Shown here: one piece after another, positions 53,649-64,000 of the stretch | Numbering within the stretch: the stretch's first letter is position 1 | How the letters are laid out: each line of letters begins with the position of its first letter | Source: Perna viridis | Lineage: Eukaryota | Direction of reading: 5' to 3' | DNA: 64,000 nt | NCBI GenBank assembly: GCA_037379345.1 | Contig: CM074512.1 | Span: forward strand, 40,486,001 to 40,550,000 | Notes under the pieces: model-generated | Told to the model about the DNA's origin: nothing | The model's input: only the letters and a program-made list of their open reading frames with translations | Database searches by the model: none | Position numbers and translations under genes: made by a program

Positions 53649-55862
53649 AGACTTCAAACATTGTCTGGTTTAAATAGATTTCAGGTGTGTTCAGGGTTCT
53701 GTTTAAACTGTTTTCCCTGTACTTCTGATGGCCTTTTTTTTTTGTAATGCTAAATACTGCATGAGCATACTCAGGATGTATTTAATTTACCCAACTCAAA
53801 CATCAAAAGTAATAGTACATGCTTTTGTGCACAATATGTGTGTGTGGTATTTGAAATCAAAAACAGATATCATAAAGAAGAACCATTATTAAGTCTGTTT
53901 CTTGATATCCTTGTTTTTAAATTGACCTCATCATGGCATCAACAACTTAAAGATTTTCTAATTACCATAAACTTCTTTCAACAGACATTCTGGCATTTCT
54001 AGAACATTGTCCAAATTGTAAGAAGTAATTCCCATTCTGATTAGTAATTGTACAATGGCTCTTCTGAAACAATACACATACTTGTTTAATCCATTAAACT
54101 GAGTATCAGTTCACAATAGCTTGAAGGACAGTGACTCCAGCAGTTCCTGTACTAAGTGAAAGTCTCTATAAGAATCAGGCAGTAGGTGAAACATAGTATG
54201 AAAAAAAAAACACCATTTTGAAAGTTTAATTTGACTATTTGCACCAGATCGGTTGGGTTTTGACATGTAAGTTCTGATTTTCACATTTTGCCTGATTCTT
54301 ATAAAAACTTACACTTAATCATTCTTCCCCAGCATATTTAAATGAATTGACAAAAGTTATGGAAAATCACAACAATAAAAATTTAAATTGCAAAGGGACA
54401 ACCAATAGTACATGTAACAAAGTCAATCACAAAATACAAAGGGAAAGTATTGATTGACAACTTGGACTTTTTATGAAAAAAAAAACCATTTTGATTTTAA
54501 ATACAGTCAGTGACCTGATTTCACGGAAAATATTTACAAAACTCTTTTCCTACATCCCAAAATAAATCAGTAGAGCTAGTATTATTGCTACCTGGTAACT
54601 AAGTGTGCCACAAGGTTGTTCAAACCTTGTGGTATAAAGTTACTGGTTAATCCTGTGATTTGTGATAGAAAGTTTTTGATGTTGATATTTAGATGATTAT
54701 GTTAAATAATATCAAAACACTTAATATTGACTATTCTAGGACAAACATTTATCAACAGACATTTTTTCTAAGTTTTTAAAGCATTCCGAAAGCTAAACAT
54801 CCATAACTCACTATTACCTTTCATATAATAATGACAAGATTACAAATTTGCAGTATTTTGAAGGAAAACAATACCCACTTCTATATTGACCATTTGTGAT
54901 AATTACCAGTTAATGAAAAACATCAAAAACAGAAACAACAAAATCAGCAAGAAACCCCCTTCAGACTGCCACAATTGATCATTTTAAAGTAAAATAAATG
55001 TCGTGGTTAACTCTACAATATCATGCAAATTAGTAAAACAAAAATAGAAAACAAAAGACATGATGAAAATTTGCCATGGGCAACCATGAATATCCTATTT
55101 TCCTTGCATTTCATCATGATTGATGATCTAGTAAGAAACATTGTTAATTCAGCAGGGAAACACCTTAACAATAATGACCTAAACTGACACAGTGACCCGC
55201 TACAGACACTTCGTGTTGGAATGGTGTCTAATAGCTCAGCTGGAAAACATCAATTTTGTCTCAATTACAAATCAAAAGAAAAAGACATAAACAGTACTGC
55301 ATAAATCACTAAATTAGAGCAGAACATCTTGTATGTAATCTGACTAATGTGTACTGTTCATTACATCAATGTACCTATACTATACTGGTCAAGGAATACT
55401 TCTTGCCAGCAAGTAATTCTTGCCAACCAATTTTTTGTCGTCTTCTGCAAAAAAAGTTTATGCCAAAAATTTAAGAAAAAACATGTAATAGATTACTGCT
55501 ATTTTGATCTCAAAATAAGCCATCATAGAAAGATTTTCTTTGATGAATAAAAATTTTGTGAGCAGATTGTGAGAATTCTTCTGTGTTGAAAACGGAGAGA
55601 TCTACTCTCTGACCAGTAGGGTTCAAAACAAAAATACTTTGAATGTTAGTCTTCCAAATATATTCAACTGCAATCCTGTATATCATAACCATTTTTTGTT
55701 AGTTCAATCAGGCATATACCTAGATAACTATAGATCAAATAAGTCAAAATTTAAATGTGCTGTGAGCATGCCCATAAAAACAAACCCTAAGCCTATAAAA
55801 AAAATCTAGAGGAGGAGGAATAACGGATAAGAAGATGCAAGTTGCAATATTTCTGCAATTTA

Positions 55863-57407
55863 GGCCAATATTTTTTTATAATCTGTTTTACGGGACCGCA
55901 GACCCTATTTTAGACAAAAATAAAATAAAAATTAAAGTATGTAAATATCGTTTTATTTTTGTAAATTCCGCGGACTGTTGAAATATTTGCGAGAAAATCC
56001 CATGCTAAAAATAAAAGAAAACAGATTGCAAGTTTTCATTGGACGAGTAAAAAAGAAGCAACAAATCAGCGATCGTTTTATTATAGTAAGCTATTAGAAG
56101 CTCAGGCATTTATCATTAGTTAATGAAAAACACTGAAAGTCAATGGCAAACCACAACAACAATGCGATCGAGGGTTGGCCTACGATTATTTCGATCTCGT
56201 TATTTTTGGGGAATACAGAAAGGTGAATCTTTCTCTATCTGTCAATGAAATAATTGTCGATGAGAAAGCTGCAGTTGTCATATAAAAGGTGTCCTGCCAT
56301 GGTGCCATGAACATTTTTATTATACAAGGATTAATTATATATTTAACACACCAGCGGGCAATATTAGCTTAAAAGTTATGTCTGAATCTCAACATATCTT
56401 GCAACACAGTAAAAATGTTCTGCACATAAATTATTTACATTTTTCAAAGCAAGAGTCGTCCAACATTACACCTCCACAATTGATACTGATGTAACCAACT
56501 ATTTCAATACCAATTGCAAATTCAAAGTAATCATTTTATCTAGAAAACGCTCCTATCTAACAACCAAGAGATAAAGATTATCCTTTATGGATAAATTAAT
56601 GGAATCACATTTATTTACTGTAATGGGTTAACATCTTGCCTATAAATTACCATTTTATCTGGCTTGGACAGCTGATGATTACTGGTCATTATAATGAATG
56701 TACATGTCATTATTGTAAACAACACAGACCTTTTTTAAATTTAACTATCAAATTACATAAACCAAAGATTGATGGACAACACTGCACATCTCAGCTGCAG
56801 CTTTTTATCAAGATCATTTCACCTACCAATAAAACCATTATCAAAACACATTATATCAATAAGATGTTGACATCCAGTCATAACTAGGACACAATACAAA
56901 TGTGATTCTCCAACTAATAACCATAACTGATCAATGACATAAGATCAAATGTGGCATGGGTTCTGATGTATTTACCTAGGCAAAAATATATTGTCAGAAG
57001 GTTCAAAATGTTCACAAATGACTGGAAATACATATTCAAAACACTTCAGAAATGCAGCCAAAAACAAATGTATCTACACATCGAAAATATTTTACACATC
57101 TTCTTTTCAAAAGTTAAAATTTGTGTGTATTCCCTGTTTCCTTGTGAAAACAGTATCAATCAGTCTTAATAATTGTAGAAGTGAAATGTGTATTAAAATT
57201 GGGTATCAAAAAAGCTTTTACTTTTCGCACATTTAGAATATAGCAAAAAAAAATAAATAAAAACGAAAAACAATTACTTTTATTTTTATTTTTTCCATCG
57301 ACTCGTCAAGATTTTGACTATTATTTTTATTTTTATTTGCTCCCCTCAACCCTTCTTTTTTTTTTTTTTTTAAATCCCGTAAAACAGATTATAAAAAAAA
57401 GTTGGCC
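55863..57407. mobile_element. About 1.55-kb non-autonomous DNA transposon with GGCC termini
   Basis: TIRs ggccaatatttttttataatctgttttacggga / tcccgtaaaacagattataaaaaaaagttggcc; flanks TTTA and TTAT (possibly degenerate TTAA); locally more CpG; no transposase ORF. Confidence 0.8.
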
Positions 57408-59365
57408 TTATTTCCATATTCATTATTTTCTAAAATTGCTCTCTCTTGTAAAATTTCATGGATAATAATAAATTGGTAACCATGAACACAAGAAATCTTG
57501 TTGTCTCCATGTACCTACATGTACTATACATACTGCATTTTCTCTCATCCTAAATACATTTTTCTATTACAGCATATACAACAATGATGTTCAATGAGTG
57601 AAGATGGTTTTCAAATCACCTGAAGAACTTACTCAAATAATGAACTAGACAATTGAGAATTTTCTATCAATATACATTGAATTGTCTGATTTTCTTCTTG
57701 ATTGTACAGTCCACCATGAGGAAAGTTCATCAGGTGATTGTTGCATATATTTTATCAATGGAAGACCATCTTCATCCCTAGAACATTATCATTTTATGTG
57801 CTATAACTGGACTAAAACTGTTTTATACTGATGGCAGTAATTTGTCTAATTTTTCCTACATGTATGTTATAAATTTCCAGAATTCACATTGTAAAATAAA
57901 TTCAACAATAACTTCTACAATCAAAATATCACAACATGAATATCAATCTGCCGATCACAAAATTTTAAATTAGCGTATAAAATAGTAAATTATTACGTAG
58001 AATATTTATATAATAATTAAGATAATCAATCAGTAATTATGATTTACCAAAATATAACAACTTGTGCCAAGAACACTTGAACATTCTGTGCACTCATTAA
58101 TTTTGTGGGTTTTTCAACACTCATGACCATATTTTGGTTATTTATTCTTTCCAATTAATTACCTATTAATAGTCCGTAATTCTGGTTTAAAGAAAACAGA
58201 AATACATGTATAATATCTGATATTAAGTATCAACTGTGCAACTTAAGGTCTTGACCCTGCTATTTTCTGTTATGAAAGGAACATGTTCTGCAAGCATGAA
58301 CCCAATTCATTGATGGCAAATCTATTTCAGGCAACACCAATCCAAATCACGATTAAACCCACTCCCAGAATATGAATATGATATTATCAATGAATTACGT
58401 CTATAGTGACGACACCTGTTGAACTACTACAAATAGTAAAATCAATAATCCAATGAGGAAGAATCGTCAAATTATTCCATATTTGTCATCAGACTCCTAA
58501 AAGAAAACTGACAAAGCCATTAGGATACAAGGGAAATTGCAAACTTTGATACACTGTTTTATTTTAAGACCAATCAAATTATCTTATGGAATTGAAGATC
58601 CATACTTCACAAAACTTTAGGTTTTGTAATAAAACATGGAACCATATGTTTTGGATGTTAATTATATATTATGTAAATTTATGACTAAAATTTTACTTAA
58701 AAAATTCGTCACAGCAACCTGATATTTCTACTAATTTGGGATAGCAACTACTGTAGAATGCATGTTTCTCAACACTGACATTAAATACATTCATAAAGAT
58801 AGAAGTAAGTGTGTTTTATGGAAGGCCCACATGTATGACGCAAACAATGGTGAAATTTGATTGATCTGAAGAAGAATGCCAGTTAATAAAAAAAATCTTG
58901 TGAATGACACCAATACATGTATATAGTTTATAATGTAAAGTTGTAACACAAGTGTGTGGAACTTCCTTTTTATGACATACTATTTTTTTAGGAAACATTG
59001 AAAAAAAAAGCTTGCCAAATCATTACTACCTAGCTCAGGCTGCCTTAGAGCTACACAGGGCTAGTAAACAATTGATTTGCTGTTTAATAAAACAATTGAC
59101 GATTGAAAAAAAATGTTGATTGCTCAATAAGGCATCTACCACTATGAAACTTAAATAATGCTAAATTTATAATCTGACTTAATGCAATCTATAGGGAAAC
59201 ACATGCAATTGCTTGTTGGATTCTATTTACAAAAAAAAAAAAACAGTTCCCAAGCAACAATAGTGACACTGCAGCATCAGAAAGGGCTCAAATATTGATC
59301 CTCTTGATCCCTGCATAAAAAAACTATATGATAATGACCAGAAGCTGATAGTTCTACACCATACA

Positions 59366-59657
59366 ATGATTGATTGATTGATTATGGTTCAATGCCCTAA
59401 GGAAGATACAAATGTATTCCATGCATTTCAGGACAAAATTGATGACCAAATGAACAGACCCTGCTTTGTACAAGACAGACACACAGTGATATTTATCCAC
59501 AGGTAGGCCTGCCACCAAACTTGGACAATATCGTGGTGATTCATAGCCAACTCTTAACACCAACCTCTTAAATACTGCTTGCTTGGTGAGAACAAGTGAC
59601 TACTAATTTTAAAGGAATGACCTCCCACACTTAAACAAGCATGCTACCCTGATACCT
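59366..59657 (-). mobile_element. Degenerate tRNA-derived SINE (Meta-domain-like)
   Basis: (TGAT)n tail at the left; central aatactgcttgcttggtgagaa..actaattttaaag block; tRNA-like head remnant gacctcccacact..aagcatgctacc at the right. Family assigned from memory, not from a search. Confidence 0.55.
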
Positions 59658-60570
59658 ATAAGAGACAGCTTTGTACCATACAAGTATCAGAATTTGCCAT
59701 ATACACTTTGATGCAAAGGAATTACATGTACTAAAATATTTTAATCACTTTTTATCACACTGCACTATATCAAACCATCTATATTCTACTTATACAGGCT
59801 ATATCTTGTACAGATCTGTATGTAAATATGGATATAAAACCAAGCTTTACATTCACTGAAGACTTAAGTCAGAAATCTAAAGAGAAATAGCAAAATTTTT
59901 TGGGTGCAAGTCTCTGTTTCTGAAAGAATATCGTAGGTAATTCTAAAGAAAATTCAGGAATGTTTCGCTTTCACAGGAAGTGACGATGAAACTAGTTTGT
60001 CTTGTTTACAAATACACCAACTGTAGATACAAAATACTAAGAAACTATATAAGGACCACTTTCTGACAGAATTTCATGCAATATTTGTAGTTTGAATACT
60101 TTTTCCTAGGGCATTTAATACATTGGTAAAATTGACTTCACAACTCTTAAAACTGACCATTCAAGCTTTAATCAAATGCAATAGACTAATGCTACATACA
60201 AGGAATTTTCTTAAAACCAAGCCTTTATTCATCTTGATGAACTTTTATTATAATAGATTGACCCACCCTTTTTCATGTCCTGAGAGGTAACTTCTACATG
60301 ACAATGTAAAAGCCAAATACTTTCTATGATGAAATTTCTCAAATATACCACATGCAGGATGTACAATGCAGTAAATACTTAAATATATTTCAATATTCTT
60401 TGTTGAAATTCCAAGTAAATGTTAAATTCCTGTTAAAATACAGATTATCAAATGGTGTCAACAAATTAAAAAAATCAAAAACTGAAGTCTTCAAATATCT
60501 ATGCCACTGATTTTGGCTTGCTTTCAACATCCAAAATGGCATGAATGCAATATGCTCTAAATTCAGGTGA

Positions 60571-60609
60571 CTTCCGCTAGAATCTTGGTTCTCTTGATAT
60601 GATTACTCT
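60571..60609 (+). mobile_element. Penelope-like retroelement extreme 3' tip, copy 5
   Basis: ttccgctagaatcttggttctcttgatatgattactct matches the family terminus. Confidence 0.6.
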
Positions 60610-60822
60610 ATTGTAACCTTGATGACTCAAATGTTTCTTGAAATGCGCGTAATGTTTTCATTCCACATGTTTCTCAGAAGTTTCTCTCAAATTTTTAGTG
60701 ATCTTTGGGTCATTTATGATATTGACCAGGGAACTAGATTAGGAACCAGACTGAAAAACTGACAATGGCTATACAGGCTATAAACATCATCATGGCCTTG
60801 ATATCTACAAGTGTTGCTTGTA

Positions 60823-61476
60823 CAGTGTGGGAAACCATTTTTTTTCCCCAACTTGCCATTCTGGCTAGTGGAATATTGATATTGCTAGCCAAATAGAAAT
60901 TGAACTAGCCAAACTTGATTTAACTTCTGTTTTCTCTTGGATTTCAATAACTTCTGCATTTCTTTTTCTTTTTTCTACCTACTTTTTGTTACTTTTTTTA
61001 CTTTTTTTAAATACATTTGTTTTTAAATTTATCAAAAACTTTTCCATTTTCGAATTTGGAAGTTTTTAATGTACTTTACAGTAACAAAATAAGTACTCCA
61101 TTTCTGAACCCATATTTTAAAACTAAAATTATATTTCAACAGATTCATCATTATGAAACAAGAAAATGTTTATCATTTGCTTCTTGTTCATTTTTATTTT
61201 GACAATAAACAACTAATTTGCAAGGTAACATATCTTAAATTACCAAGATTATGCCAAAATTCACTTGACACATTCAAGCTTAACTTCTTAAAATGTAGGG
61301 AACATATTTTTAATATATGATGTTAAGGGAAGTTTACTAAATGACCTGTTGGCTGGTTAACTTTCCTTGGAACTAAATGACAGTTGCCAAATTGACGAGT
61401 TTAAGCTAATGAGAACTCGCCAAATTACACATCTACTCGTATTTGGCGAGCTGGCAAGCGGTGGTTTCCCACACTG
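60823..61476. mobile_element. 654-bp non-autonomous DNA transposon with 5-bp TSD (hAT5-like)
   Basis: Perfect 15-bp TIR CAGTGTGGGAAACCA / TGGTTTCCCACACTG; TSD TTGTA at 60818-60822 and 61477-61481. Confidence 0.85.
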
Positions 61477-62014
61477 TTGTATGAGAACCGAATGTTTACA
61501 TTAAAAGATGAAATAATCGGTTAGAATTCAACTTAATGTACTATTACTCATTTCATACTTTAATGTAAACTTCCCATTCTCATACAATCAAAAACACAAG
61601 TAGATATGTGTATGATATTTAAGAGGTACATTCTGATCTTGTATGAAGCTAGAATTGACTATAAACATGGCACTGATCAGCAGTATAATATGGTATAGTA
61701 ATATATATGTATTATTATGCAAATCATTTGCAAATGTAATGTACTTTTAACTTATGAGTGCATGAAGTTGTAACAATATTAGCGTCTTAGAAAAGAATGC
61801 CAATTTATACTGCAAAACCATTAAAAGCACTTTTATGCCAAGGGAAAATTTAATTGTAATGGGGGAAAATGAATAATTTAGTTTAAAGATTAAAAATAAT
61901 CAGTTTTGTTTTTTGTCCTCCAAAAAACATATGTATCATTGCCTTAATTCTATTGACATAAAACATTGATGATGAAATATTAGGAAACACACACACACTA
62001 GTTTATGTACTTAC

Positions 62015-62066
62015 CACAGAATTCACACCTATGAGATGTTAAGTAGTTAGTAGCTGACACTTCCAT
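62015..62066 (-). CDS. Candidate upstream or alternative first coding exon of the FNDC3 gene
   Basis: acaATGG start context, MEVSATNYLTSHRCEFC, then G|gtaagt consensus donor in phase 1, matching the phase-1 acceptor of exon A. Confidence 0.4.
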
Positions 62067-62759
62067 TGTCAGATCTTCCAAAAAATTGTCAAAATAAAAA
62101 TCATGACACAATCAAGATTACTATATGTTTTAGGTAACAAAGTCACTATTCATGATCTACGTTTTATGTTACTTCCAATACAATCATAGAAGCAAAGGTA
62201 CGCAAGTAATGACAATTCACACGTCATAGGGACCAAGTGTGAGATTCTAATGATGTAAAAGGAGTTAGACAGATGACAAACTCTCACTAAATACCGTACA
62301 TATAAACTTATTTAGCTTTTTCTAAAGTAGAATTTTAGCAACTTCAAACTGACACATACATGTAAATGGTCACGGGAACATCAAATGTACCCCTTATAAT
62401 TCCAAAATGGTTCAAAATAAAATAAAATTTCAAAAGGAAGAAATTGACATCTGAATCATAAAAATCTGATCAATCTATCAATTCTTATGGCTACACCCAT
62501 TTCCCCTTTTTAACCCTAATTTCCAAAAAGGGTGGAGTGAACAACCTCCAAAAAAAATAAGACCCTATGACATGTGCCTAGGAACAATGTGTTAAAATCT
62601 TAATTACAGTGCTGTTAGCACTGGGGGTTTCTGATTCTTGTGAAAATTGTAGCATAAACAAAATTTATAAGACTACAATGTAAAATAAAATTATAATCAT
62701 ACATTTGTGTTTCCAATATTATTTATAACTGTTTTACCTAATATGTATAAACTTAATGC

Positions 62760-62825
62760 AAATCAATCAATCAATCAAAACTCTTGATTTCTGAAAAAAA
62801 AAAACAAACAAACAAACAAACAAAC
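62760..62825. repeat. (AATC)n and (AAAC)n microsatellites
   Basis: Read directly from the sequence. Confidence 0.85.
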
Positions 62826-63233
62826 TGTAATTGATAGTTAAACAGTATCCAACTTTACACACATTTACAAATTGTATTTCCAATAGTTTAAACCTGTCCA
62901 AAAGTTAATTTGCAATCATAACCAAAACTATTCTGACAGAGTATTATCCTACACTGTAATTATACTAAAATGGAACTAATTACGGCTTAAGAAAACAATT
63001 TCATTGATCAATATAAGATTTTAAAAATTAGACACTTTTCATCAACTTGAATTTCCCACTAATTTTACTTGGTTAAAATCACTGCTCTTCACTTCCTGTT
63101 TATTTATCATAAAATATTAACGACAGGATGGAGAATGTGACTGATAATTGTGTTAAATGGAACATGCGTAGCACAATTAATGCTTCTTGACACATTACTG
63201 CAAGAACTAAATTCCCTTAATGCAAACTTATTA

Positions 63234-64000
63234 CAGTCAAACCTCGTTAAGTCGAAGTCAAAGGGACCATGCAAAAATGTTTAAGTAATCCAAGGTTCGA
63301 GTAATATGAGGTCGAGGATAAACCGGAAATACTACTAGTTTGGTCCATGATAGTTTCTGTATTTACATCATTTGTTATGCTTGTACATGTACATGTACTT
63401 CACTTTACATGGTACTTCGTAATGTCATGCATTTCATATCAGAAGATATTTTTTTTTGTATGTTGTATATCATGTTTGAAATACTGAACGGTACGGAGTG
63501 TTTTAGTGAAATTTCCTTTTTATTTTTTCTATATCAAAAATATCGTAGTTCATAACATGCTGTTTTGTTTGATTCACAATCAGGAGTACCATCAAACCAT
63601 GTGCTCTACAATATTACAATAAAATTTCAGATTTACTAGCGAAACGAATGTAGTGTTGAAATACCATTACAATTCATCCGTATTTTAAAATTTTTTTTTC
63701 AAAATATCAAAATATCCAATATCACTGTTAGTGTAAATTCTGACGTGTTTTTAATACAATTTGTTTCTTTTAACAACACGTGCAATTTTAAATTAATTAA
63801 ATAAACAAATCAAACCATAAAGAGTGTCAACAAAATAAGCCCCAATAATTGTTGTTAAAACACACTTCAATCATGGTTTGTAATGAAGCAATCAGTTTTC
63901 AGACTAATTAGTTGACTTTGAGACAACATGGTTAATTAACATTGAAGTCCTATCAAAGAAAATGACTGATTACCTCGATTACACAAGGTTTCGATTCATC
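63234..64000. mobile_element. Tc1/mariner-pogo-type non-autonomous element, right end probably outside the window
   Basis: TA|CAGTCAAACCTCGTTAAGTCGAA terminus with repeated tcga subterminal motifs; similar motifs reappear at 63972-64000. Confidence 0.65.

Noticed and set aside
54608-54632. Perfect 10-bp stem hairpin as a terminator or miRNA
   Set aside because: Too short for a pre-miRNA, intrinsic terminators do not apply here, and it resembles a Helentron terminal hairpin remnant.

Overview
AT-rich, CpG-depleted eukaryotic genomic DNA, most likely from a bivalve mollusc (inferred from the repeat families). The window is almost entirely introns of one minus-strand gene, an FNDC3-family gene (fibronectin type III domain-containing 3A/3B; Drosophila mtgo-like). 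I traced 11 coding exons by hand between 29040 and position 1. They total 1388 nt, every junction is GT-AG, and the phases join into one open frame: the N-terminal GPATVRMVS...VPPGH...QQIVDE motif, a Pro/His-rich segment, a linker, and FN3 repeats 1 to 3, with the gene continuing past the left edge. The conserved upstream exon(s) expected for this family were not found, so 29041-64000 is probably one long intron. The introns hold five copies of one Penelope-like retroelement family (one with a decayed RT), several non-autonomous DNA transposons, Helentron/HINE remnants, a tRNA-derived SINE and several minisatellites. Apart from the few overlapping these exons or the RT relic, the supplied ORFs look spurious. 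I found no prokaryotic system, CRISPR array or intact transposase. The best leads are unannotated phase-compatible alternative exons (16935-16991, 62015-62066, 28753-28817) and inverted retroelement copies flanking the exon at 28865-29040. All are hypotheses that need RNA data.
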